DNA of 64,000 nt from Octopus vulgaris (taxonomy: Eukaryota). The position numbers and the translations under genes were made by a program. The stretch's first letter is position 1, and every line of letters starts with the position of its first letter. Below, in pieces: positions 15,001 through 27,000 of this stretch. The stretch spans positions 2,604,001-2,668,000 of the forward strand of contig CATOCA020000001.1 of the NCBI GenBank assembly GCA_951406725.2, written 5' to 3'. The notes under the pieces were generated by a model. The model saw only the letters and a program-made list of their open reading frames with translations. It was not told where the DNA came from and did no database searches.

Positions 15001-18000
15001 GTTCGTTTGTTCGTTCTGTCTGCATAGCATCTACCTCGCTCTGTCTGTGTTCGTGTGTTCGTTCTGTCTGCATAGCATCTACCTCGCTCTGTCTGTGTTC
15101 GTGTGTTCGTTCTGTCTGCATAGCATCTACCTCGCTCTGTCTGTGTTCGTGTGTTCGTTCTGTCTGCATAGCATCTACCTCGCTCTGTCTGTGTTCGTGT
15201 GTTCGTTCTGTCTGCATAGCATCTACCTCGCTCTGTCTGTGTACGTGTGTTCGTTCTGTCTGCATAGCATCTACCTCGCTCTGTCTGTGTTCGTGTGTTC
15301 GTTCTGTCTGCATAGCATCGACCGCGCTTTGTCTGTGTACGTGTGTTCGTTTTGTCTGCATAGCATCTACCTCGCTCTGTCTGTGTTCGTGTGTTCGTTC
15401 TGTCTGCATAGCATATACCTCGCTCTGTCTGTGTACGTGTGTTCGTTCTGTCTGCATAGCATCTACCTCGCTCAGTCTGTGTACGTGTGTTCGTTGTGTC
15501 TGCATAGCATATACCTCGCTCTGTCTGTGTACGTGTGTCCGTTCTGTCTGCATAGCATCTACCTCGCTCTGTCTGTGTTCGTGTGTTCGTTCTGTCTGCA
15601 TAGCATCTACCTCGCTCTGTCTGTGTTCGTGTGTTCGTTCTGTCTGCATAGCATCTACCTCGCTCTGTCTGTGTTCGTGTGTTCGTTCTGTCTGCATAGC
15701 ATCTACCTCGCTCTGTCTGTGTTCGTGTGTTCGTTCTGTCTGCATAGCATCTACCTCGCTCTGTCTGTGTTCGTGTGTTCGTTTTGTCAATATAGCATCT
15801 ACCTCGCTCTGTCTGTGTTCGTGTGTTCGTTTTGTCTGCATAGCATCTACCACGCTCTGTCTGTGTTCGTGTGTTCGTTCTGTCTGCATAGCATCTACCT
15901 CGCTCTGTCTGTGTACGTGTGTTCGTTCTGTCTGCATAGCATCTACCACGCTCTGTCTGTGTTCGTGTGTTCGTTTTGTCTGCATAGCATCTACCACGCT
16001 CTGTCTGTGTTCGTGTGTTCGTTCTGTCTGCATAGCATCTACCTCGCTCTGTCTGTGTTCGTGTGTTCGTTCTGTCTGCATAGCATCTACCTCGCTCTGT
16101 CTGTGTTCGTGTGTTCGTTCTGTCTGCATAGCATCTACCACGCTCTGTCTGTGTTCGTGTGTTCGTTTTGTCTGCATAGCATCTCCCTCGCTCTGTCTGT
16201 GTTCGTGTGTTCGTTCTGTCTGCATAGCATCTACCTCGCTCTGTCTGTGTACGTGTGTTCGTTTTGTCTGCATAGCATCTACCTCGCTCTGTCTGTGTTC
16301 GTGTGTTCGTTCTGTCTGCATAGCATCTACCTCGCTCTGTCTGTGTTCGTGTGTTCGTTCTGTCTGCATAGCATCTACCTCGCTCTGTCTGTGTTCGTGT
16401 GTTCGTTCTGTCTGCATAGCATCTACCTCGCTCTGTCTGTGTACGTGTGTTCGTTCTGTCTGCATAGCATCTACCTCGCTCTGTCTGTGTTCGTGTGTTC
16501 GTTCTGTCTGCATAGCATCTACCTCGCTCTGTCTGTGTACGTGTGTTCGTTCTGTCTGCATAGCATCTACCTCGCTCTGTCTGTGTTCGTGTGTTCGTTC
16601 TGTCTGCATAGCATCTACCTCGCTCTGTCTGTGTTCGTGTGTTCGTTCTGTCTGCATAGCATCTACCTCGCTCTGTCTGTGTTCGTGTGTTCGTTCTGTC
16701 TGCATAGCATCTACCTCGCTCTGTCTGTGTTCGTGTGTTCGTTCTGTCTGCATAGCATATACCTCGCTCTGTCTGTGTACGTGTGTTCGTTTTGTTTGCA
16801 TAGCATCTACCTCGCTCTGTCAGTGTTCGTGTGTTCGTTCTGTCTGCATAGCATCTACCTCGCTCTGTCTGTTCGTGTGTTCGTTCTGTCTGCATAGCAT
16901 CTACCTCGCTCTGTCTGTGTTCGTGTGTTCGTTCTGTCTGCATAGCATCTACCTCGCTCTGTCTGTGTTCGTGTGTTCGTTTTGTCTGCATAGCATCTAC
17001 CTCGCTCTGTCAGTGTTCGTGTGTTCGTTCTGTCTGCATAGCATCTACCTCGCTCTGTCTGTGTTCGTGTGTTCGTTCTGTCTGCATAGCATCTACCTCG
17101 CTCTGTCTGTGTTCGTGTGTTCGTTTTGTCTGCATAGCATCTACCTCGCTCTGTCTGTGTTCGTGTGTTCGTTTTGTCTGCATAGCATCTACCTCGCTCT
17201 GTCTGTGTTCGTGTGTTCGTTTTGTCTGCATAGCATCTACCTCGCTCTGTCTGTGTTCGTGTGTTCGTTCTGTCTGCATAGCATCTACCGCGCATTGTCT
17301 GTGTTCGTGTGTTCGTTCTGTCTGCCTAGCATCGACCGCTCTTTGTCTGTGTTCGTGTGTTCGTTCTGTCTGCATAGCATCTACCTCGCTCTGTCTGTGT
17401 TCGTGTGTTCGTTCTGTCTGCATAGCATCTACCTCGCTCTGTCAGTGTTCGTGTGTTCGTTCTGTCTGCATAGCATCTACCTCGCTCTGTCTGTGTTCGT
17501 GTGTTCGTTTTGTCTGCATAGCATCTACCTCGCTCTGTCTGTGTACGTGTGTTCGTTCTGTCTGCATAGCATCGACCGCGCATTGTATGTGTTCGTGTGT
17601 TCGTTCTGTCTGCATAGCATCGACCTCGCTCTGTCTGTGTTCGTGTGTTCGTTCTGTCTGCATAGCATATACCTCGCTCTGTCTGTGTACGTGTGTTCGT
17701 TCTGTCTGCATAGCATCTACCTCGCTCTGTCTGTGTTCGTGTGTTCGTTCTGTCTGCATAGCATCTACCTCGCTTTGTCTGTGTTTGTGTTTTCGTTCTG
17801 TCTGCATAGCATCTACCTCGCTCTGTCTGTGTTCGTGTGTTAGTTCTGTCTGCATAGCATCTACCTCGCTCTGTCTGTGTTCGTGTGTTCGTTTTGTCTG
17901 CATAGCATCTACCTCGCTCTGTCTGTGTTCGTGTGTTAGTTCTGTCTGCATAGCATCTACCTCGCTCTGTCTGTGTACGTGTGTTCGTTCTGTCTGCATA

Positions 18001-21000
18001 GCATCTACCTCGCTCTGTCTGTGTACGTGTGTTCGTTCTGTCTGCATAGTATCTACCTCGCTCTGTCTGTGTTCGTGTGTTCGTTTTGTCTGCATAGCAT
18101 CTACCTCGCTCTGTCTGTGTTCGTGTGTTCGTTCTCTCTGCATAGCATCTACCTCGCTCTGTCTGTGTTCGTGTGTTCGTTTTGTCTGCATAGCATCTAC
18201 CTCGCTCTGTCTGTGTTCGTGTGTTCGTTTTGTCTGCATAGCATCTACCTCGCTCTGTCTGTGTTCGTGTGTTCATTCTGTCTGCATAACATCTACCTCG
18301 CTCTGTTTGTGTACGTGTGTTCGTTCTGTCTACATAGCATCTACCTCGCTCTGTCTGTGTTCGTGTGTTCATTCTGTCTGCATAGCATCTACCTCGCTCT
18401 GTCTGTGTTGGTGTGTTCGTTCTGTCTGCATAGCATATACCTCGCTCTGTCTGTGTACGTGTGTTCGTTCTGTCTGCATAGCATCTACCTCGCTCTGTCT
18501 GTGTACGTGTGTTCGTTCTGTCTGCATAGCATCTACCTCGATCTGTCTGTGTTCGTGTGTTCGTTCTGTCTGCATAGCATCTACCTCGCTCTGTCTGTGT
18601 TCGTGTGTTCGTTTTGTCTGCATAGCATCTACCTCGCTCTGTCTGTGTTCGTGTGTTCGTTTTGTCTGCATAGCATCTACCTCGCTCTGTCTGTGTTCGT
18701 GTGTTCGTTCTGTCTGCATAGCATCTACCTCGCTCTGTCTGTGTTCGTGTGTTCGTTCTGTCTGCATAGCATATACCTCGCTCTGTCTGTGTACGTGTTT
18801 TCGTTCTGTCTGCTTAGCATCTACCTCGCTCTGTCTGTGTTCGTGTGTTCGTTTTGTCTGCATAGCATCTACCTCGCTCAGTCTGTGTTCGTGTGTTCGT
18901 TCTGTCTGCATAGCATCTACCTCGCTCTGTCTGTGTTCGTGTGTTCGTTCTGTCTGCATAGCATATACCTCGCTCTGTCTGTGTACGTGTGTTCGTTCTG
19001 TCTGCATAGCATCTACCTCGCTCTGTCTGTGTACGTGTGTTCGTTCTGTCTGCATAGCATCTACCTCGCTCTGTCTGTGTTCGTGTTTTCGTTCTGTCTG
19101 CATAGCATCTACCTCGCTCTGTCTGTGTTCGTGTGTTCGTTCTGTCTGCATAGCATCTACCTCGCTCTGTCTGTGTTCGTGTGTTCGTTCTGTCTGCATA
19201 GCATCTACCTCGCTCTGTCTGTGTTCGTGTGTTCGTTCTGTCTGCATAGCATCTACCTCGCTCTGTCTGTGTTCGTGTGTTCGTTCTGTCTGCATAGCAT
19301 CTACCTCGCTCTGTCTGTGGTCGTGTGTTCGTTCTGTCTGCATAGCATCTACCTCGCTCTGTCTGTGTTCGTGTGTTCGTTCTGTCTGCATAGCATCTAC
19401 CTCGCTCTGTCTGTGTACGTGTGTTCGTTCTGTCTGCATAGCATCGACCGCGCTTTGTCTGTGTTCGTGTGTTCGTTTTGTCTGCATAGCATCTACCTCG
19501 CTCTGTCTGTGTTCGTGTGTTCGTTCTGTCTGCATAGCATCTACCTCGCTCTGTCTGTGTTCGTGTGTTCGTTCTGTCTGCATAGCATCTACCTCGCTCT
19601 GTCTGTGTTCGTGTGTTCGTTCTGTCTGCATAGCATCTACCTCGCTCTGTCTGTGTTCGTGTGTTCGTTCTGTCTGCATAGCATCTACCTCGCTCTGTCT
19701 GTGTTCGTGTGTTCGTTCTGTCTGCATAGCATCTACCTCGCTCTGTCTGTGTACGTGTGTTCGTTCTGTCTGCATAGCATCGACCTCGCTCTGTCTGTGT
19801 TCGTGTGTTCGTTCTGTCTGCATAGCATCTACCTCGCTCTGTCTGTGTTCGTGTGTTCGTTCTGTCTGCATAGCATCTACCTCGCTCTGTCTGTGTTCGT
19901 GTGTTCGTTCTGTCTGCATAGCATCTACCTCGCTCTGTCTGTGTTCGTGTGTTCGTTCTGTCTGCATAGCATCTACCTCGCTCTGTCTGTGTACGTGTGT
20001 TCGTTCTGTCTGCATAGCATCTACCTCGCTCTGTCTGTGTTCGTGTGTTCGTTCTGTCTGCATAGCATCTACCTCGCTCTGTCTGTGTTCGTGTGTTCGT
20101 TCTGTCTGCATAGCATCTACCTCGCTCTGTCTGTGTTCGTGTGTTCGTTCTTGTCTGCATAGCATCTACCTCGCTCTGTCTGTGTACGTGTGTTCGTTCT
20201 GTCTGCATAGCATCTACCTCGCTCTGTCTGTGTTCGTGTGTTCGTTCTGTCTGCATAGCATCTACCTCGCTCTGTCTGTGTTCGTGTGTTCGTTCTGTCT
20301 GCATAGCATCTACCTCGCTCTGTCTGTGTTCGTGTGTTCGTTCTGTCTGCATAGCATCTACCTCGCTCTGTCTGTGTTCGTGTGTTCGTTCTGTCTGCAT
20401 AGCATCTACCTCGCTCTGTCTGTGTTCGTGTGTTCGTTCTGTCTGCATAGCATCTACCTCGCTCTGTCTGTGTACGTGTGTTCGTTCTGTCTGCATAGCA
20501 TCGACCGCGCTTTGTCTGTGTTCGTGTGTTTATTCTGTCTGCATAGCATCTACCTCGCTCTGTCTGTGTACGTGTGTTCGTTCTGTCTGCATAGCATCGA
20601 CCGCGCATTGTCTGTGTTCGTGTGTTCGTTCTGTCTGCATAGCATCTACCTCGCTCTGTCTGTGTTCGTGTGTTCGTTCTGTCTGCATAGCATCTACCTC
20701 GCTCTGTCTGTGTTCGTGTGTTCGTTCTGTCTGCATAGCATCTACCTCGCTCTGTCTGTGTACGTGTGTTCTTTGTCTGCATAGCATCTACCTCGCTCTG
20801 TCTGTGTTCGTGTGTTCGTTCTGTCTGCATAGCATCTACCTCGCTCTGTCTGTGTTCGTGTGTTCGTTCTGTCTGCATAGCATCTACCTCGCTCTGTCTG
20901 TGTTCGTGTGTTCGTTCTGTCTGCATAGCATCGACCGCGCATTGTCTGTGTTCGTGTGTTCATTCTGTCTGCATAGCATCTACCTCGCTCTGTCTGTGTT

Positions 21001-24000
21001 TGTGTGTTCGTTCTGTCTGCATAGCATCGACCTCGCTCTGTCTGTGTTCGTGTGTTCGTTCTGTCTGCATAGCATCTACCTCGCTCTGTCTGTGTACGTG
21101 TGTTCGTTCTGTCTGCATAGCATCGGCCGCGCATTGTCTGTGTTCGTGTGTTCGTTCTGTCTGCATAGCATCTACCTCGCTCTGTCTGTGTTCGTGTGTT
21201 CGTTCTGTCTGCATAGCATCTACCTCGCTCTGTCTGTGTTCGTGTGTTCGTTCTGTCTGCATAGCATCTACCTCGCTCTGTCTGTGTTCGTGTGTTCGTT
21301 CTGTCTGCATAGCATCTACCTCGCTCTGTCTGTGTTCGTGTGTTCGTTCTGTCTGCATAGCATCTACCTCGCTCTGTCTGTGTTCGTGTGTTCGTTCTGT
21401 CTGCATAGCATCTACCTCGCTCTGTCTGTGTTCGTGTGTTCGTTCTGTCTGCATAGCATCTACCTCGCTCTGTCTGTGTTCGTGTGTTCGTTCTGTCTGC
21501 ATAGCATCTACCTCGCTCTGTCTGTGTTCGTGTGTTCGTTCTGTCTGCATAGCATCTACCTCGCTCTGTCTGTGTTCGTGTGTTCGTTCTGTCTGCATAG
21601 CATCTACCTCGTTCTTGTCTGTGTTCGTGTGTTCGTTCTGTCTGCATAGCATCTACCTCGCTCTGTCTGTGTTCGTGTGTTCGTTCTGTCTGCATAGCAT
21701 CTACCTCGCTCTGTCTGTGTTCGTGTGTTCGTTCTGTCTGCATAGCATCTACCTCGCTCTGTCTGTGTACGTGTGTTCGTTCTGTCTGCATAGCATCTAC
21801 CTCGCTCTGTCTGTGTTCGTGTGTTCGTTCTGTCTGCATAGCATCTACCTCGCTCTGTCTGTGTTCGTGTGTTCGTTCTGTCTGCATAGCATCTACCTCG
21901 CTCTGTCTGTGTTCGTGTGTTCGTTCTGTCTGCATAGCATCTACCTCGCTCTGTCTGTGTTCGTGTGTTCGTTCTGTCTGCATAGCATCTACCTCGCTCT
22001 GTCTGTGTTCGTGTGTTCGTTCTGTCTGCATAGCATCTACCTCGCTCTGTCTGTGTTCGTGTGTTCGTTCTGTCTGCATAGCATCTACCTCGCTCTGTCT
22101 GTGTTCGTGTGTTCGTTCTGTCTGCATAGCATCTACCTCGCTCTGTCTGTGTTCGTGTGTTCGTTCTGTCTGCATAGCATCTACCTCGCTCTGTCTGTGT
22201 TCGTGTGTTCGTTCTGTCTGCATAGCATCTACCTCGCTCTGTCTGTGTTCGTGTGTTCGTTCTGTCTGCATAGCATCTACCTCGCTCTGTCTGTGTTCGT
22301 GTGTTCGTTCTGTCTGCATAGCATCTACCTCGCTCTGTCTGTGTTCGTGTGTTCGTTCTGTCTGCATAGCATCTACCTCGCTCTGTCTGTGTTCGTGTGT
22401 TCGTACTGTCTGCATAGCATCTACCTCGCTCTGTCTGTGTTCGTGTGTTCGTTCTGTCTGCATAGCATCTACCTCGCTCTGTCTGTGTACGTGTGTTCGT
22501 TCTGTCTGCATAGCATCTACCTCGCTCTGTCTGTGTTCGTGTGTTCGTTCTGTCTGCATAGCATCTACCTCGCTCTGTCTGTGTTCGTGTGTTCGTTCTG
22601 TCTGCATAGCATCTACCTCGCTCTGTCTGTGTTCGTGTGTTCGTTCTGTCTGCATAGCATCTACCTCGCTCTGTCTGTGTACGTGTGTTCGTTCTGTCTG
22701 CATAGCATCGACCGCGCATTGTATGTGTTCGTGTGTTCGTTCTGTCTGCATAGCCTCTACCTCGCTCTGTCTGTGTTCGTGTGTTCGTTCTGTCTGCATA
22801 GCATCTACCTCGCTCTGTCTGTGTTCGTGTGTTCGTTTTGTCTGCATAGCATCTACCTCGCTCTGTCTGTGTTCGTGTGTTCGTTCTGTCTGCATAGCAT
22901 CTACCTCGCTCTGTCTGTGGTCGTGTGTTCGTTTTGTCTGCATAGTATCTACCTCGCTCTGTCTGTGTTCGTGTGTTCGTTTTGTCTGCATAGCATCTAC
23001 CTCGCTCTGTCTGTGTACGTGTTTTCGTTCTGTCTGCATAGCATCGACCGCGCTTTGTCTGTGTTCGTGTGTTCGTTCTGTCTGCATAGCATCTACCTCG
23101 CACTGTCTGTGTTCGTGTGTTCGTTCTGTCTGCATAGCATCTACATCGCTCTGTCTGTGTTCGTGTGTTCGTTTTGTCTGCATAGCATCTACCTCGCTTT
23201 GTCTGTGTTCGTGTGTTCGTTCTGTCTGCATAGCATCTACCTCGCTCTGTCTGTGTTCGTGTGTTCGTTCTGTCTGCATAGCATCTACCTCGCTCTGTCT
23301 GTGTTCGTGTGTTCGTTCTGTCTGCATAGCATCTACCTCGCTCTGTCTGTGTACGTGTGTTCGTTCTGTCTGCATAGCATCTACCTCGCTCTGTCTGTGT
23401 TCGTGTGTTCGTTCTGTCTGCATAGCATCTACCTCGCTCTGTCTGTGTTCGTGTGTTCGTTCTGTCTGCATAGCATCTACCTCGCTCTGTCTGTGTTCGT
23501 GTGTTCGTTCTGTCTGCATAGCATCTACCTCGCTCTGTCTGTGTTCGTGTGTTCGTTCTGTCTGCATAGCATCTACCTCGCTCTGTCTGTGTACGTGTGT
23601 TCGTTCTGTCTGCATAGCATCTACCTCGCTCTGTCTGTGTTCGTGTGTTCGTTCTGTCTGCATAGCATCTACCTCGCACTGTCTGTGTTCGTGTGTTCGT
23701 TTTGTCTGCATAGCATCTACCTCGCTCTGTCTGTGTTCGTGTGTTCGTTTTGTCTGCATAGCATCTACCTCGCTCTGTCTGTGTACGTGTGTTCGTTCTG
23801 TCTGCATAGCATCTACCTCGCTCTGTCTGTGTTCGTGTGTTCGTTCTGTCTGCATAGCATCTACCTCGCTCTGTCTGTGTACGTGTGTTCGTTCTGTCTG
23901 CATAGCATCTACCTCGCTCTGTCTGTGTTCGTGTGTTCGTTCTGTCTGCATAGCATCTACCTCGCTCTGTCTGTGTTCGTGTGTTCGTTCTGTCTGCATA

Positions 24001-27000
24001 GCATCTACCTCGCTCTGTCTGTGTTCGTGTGTTCGTTCTGTCTGCATAGCATCTACCTCGCTCTGTCTGTGTTCGTGTGTTCGTTCTGTCTGCATAGCAT
24101 CTACCTCGCTCTGTCTGTGTACGTGTGTTCGTTCTGTCTGCATAGCATCTACCTCGCTCTGTCTGTGTTCGTGTGTTCGTTCTGTCTGCATAGCATCTAC
24201 CTCGCTCTGTCTGTGTTCGTGTGTTCGTTCTGTCTGCATAGCATCTACCTCGCTCTGTCTGTGTTCGTGTGTTCGTTCTGTCTGCATAGCATCTACCTCG
24301 CTCTGTCTGTGTTCGTGTGTTCGTTCTGTCTGCATAGCATCTACCTCGCTCTGTCTGTGTTCGTGTGTTCGTTCTGTCTGCATAGCATCTACCTCGCTCT
24401 GTCTGTGTACGTGTGTTCTTTGTCTGCATAGCATCTACCTCGCTCTGTCTGTGTTCGTGTGTTCGTTCTGTCTGCATAGCATCTACCTCGCTCTGTCTGT
24501 GTTCGTGTGTTCGTTCTGTCTGCATAGCATCTACCTCGCTCTGTCTGTGTTCGTGTGTTCGTTCTGTCTGCATAGCATCGACCGCGCATTGTATGTGTTC
24601 GTGTGTTCGTTCTGTCTGCATAGCATCTACCTCGCTCTGTCTGTGTTTGTGTGTTCGTTCTGTCTGCATAGCATCGACCTCGCTCTGTCTGTGTTCGTGT
24701 GTTCGTTCTGTCTGCATAGCATCTACCTCGCTCTGTCTGTGTTCGTGTGTTCGTTCTGTCTGCATAGCATCTACCTCGCTCTGTCTGTGTTCGTGTGTTC
24801 GTTCTGTCTGCATAGCATCTACCTCGCTCTGTCTGTGTTCGTGTGTTCGTTCTGTCTGCATAGCATCTACCTCGCTCTGTCTGTGTTCGTGTGTTCGTTC
24901 TGTCTGCATAGCATCTACCTCGCTCTGTCTGTGTTCGTGTGTTCGTTCTGTCTGCATAGCATCTACCTCGCTCTGTCTGTGTTCGTGTGTTCGTTCTGTC
25001 TGCATAGCATCTACCTCGCTCTGTCTGTGTACGTGTGTTCGTTCTGTCTGCATAGCATCTACCTCGCTCTGTCTGTGTTCGTGTGTTCGTTCTGTCTGCA
25101 TAGCATCTACCTCGCTCTGTCTGTGTTCGTGTGTTCGTTCTGTCTGCATAGCATCACCCGCTCTGTCTGTGTTCGTGTGTTCGTTCTGTCTGCATAGCAT
25201 CTACCTCGCTCTGTCTGTGTTCGTGTGTTCGTTCTGTCTGCATAGCATCTACCTCGCTCTGTCTGTGTTCGTGTGTTCGTTCTGTCTGCATAGCATCTAC
25301 CTCGCTCTGTCTGTGTTCGTGTGTTCGTTCTGTCTGCATAGCATCTACCTCGCTCTGTCTGTGTACGTGTGTTCGTTCTGTCTGCATAGCATCTACCTCG
25401 CTCTGTCTGTGTACGTGTGTTCGTTCTGTCTGCATAGCATCTACCTCGCTCTGTCTGTGTTCGTGTGTTAGTTCTGTCTGCATAGCATCTACCTCGCTCT
25501 GTCTGTGTTCGTGTGTTCGTTCTGTCTGCATAGCATCTACCTGCCTGTCTGTGTTCGTGTGTTCGTTCTGTCTGCATAGCATCTACCTCGCTCTGTCTGT
25601 GTACGTGTGTTCGTTCTGTCTGCATAGCATCTACCTCGCTCTGTCTGTGTTCGTGTGTTCGTTCTGTCTGCATAGCATCTACCTCGCTCTGTCTGTGTTC
25701 GTGTGTTCGTTCTGTCTGCATAGCATCTACCTCGCTCTGTCTGTGTTCGTGTGTTCGTTCTGTCTGCATAGCATCTACCTCGCTCTGTCTGTGTTCGTGT
25801 GTTCGTTCTGTCTGCATAGCATCTACCTCGCTCTGTCTGTGTTCGTGTGTTCGTTCTGTCTGCATAGCATCTACCTCGCTCTGTCTGTGTTCGTGTGTTC
25901 GTTCTGTCTGCATAGCATCTACCTCGCTCTGTCTGTGTTCGTGTGTTCGTTCTGTCTGCATAGCATCTACCTCGCTCTGTCTGTGTTCGTGTGTTCGTTC
26001 TGTCTGCATAGCATCTACCTCGCTCTGTCTGTGTTCGTGTGTTCGTTCTGTCTGCATAGCATCTACCTCGCTCTGTCTGTGTTCGTGTGTTCGTTCTGTC
26101 TGCATAGCATCTACCTCGCTCTGTCTGTGTACGTGTGTCCGTTCTGTCTGCATAGCATCTACCTCGCTCTGTCTGTGTTCGTGTGTTCGTTCTGTCTGCA
26201 TAGCATCTACCTCGCTCTGTCTGTGTTCGTGTGTTCGTTCTGTCTGCATAGCATCTACCTCGCTCTGTCTGTGTTCGTGTGTTCGTTCTGTCTGCATAGC
26301 ATCTACCTCGCTCTGTCTGTGTTCGTGTGTTCGTTCTGTCTGCATAGCATCTACCTCGCTCTGTCTGTGTTCGTGTGTTCGTTCTGTCTGCATAGCATCT
26401 ACCTCGCTCTGTCTGTGTTCGTGTGTTCGTTCTGTCTGCATAGCATCTACCTCGCTCTGTCTGTGTTCGTGTGTTCGTTCTGTCTGCATAGCATCTACCT
26501 CGCTCTGTCTGTGTTCGTGTGTTCGTTCTGTCTGCATAGCATCTACCTCGCTCTGTCTGTGTTCGTGTGTTCGTTCTGTCTGCATAGCATCTACCTCGCT
26601 CTGTCTGTGTTCGTGTGTTCGTTCTGTCTGCATAGCATCTACCTCGCTCTGTCTGTGTACGTGTGTTCGTTCTGTCTGCATAGCATCTACCTCGCTCTGT
26701 CTGTGTTCGTGTGTTCGTTCTGTCTGCATAGCATCTACCTCGCTCTGTCTGTGTTCGTGTGTTCGTTCTGTCTGCATAGCATCTACCTCGCTCTGTCTGT
26801 GTTCGTGTGTTCGTTCTGTCTGCATAGCATCTACCTCGCTCTGTCTGTGTTCGTGTGTTCGTTCTGTCTGCATAGCATCTACCTCGCTCTGTCTGTGTTC
26901 GTGTGTTCGTTCTGTCTGCATAGCATCTACCTCGCTCTGTCTGTGTACGTGTGTTCGTTCTGTCTGCATAGCATCGACCGCGCATTGTATGTGTTCGTGT

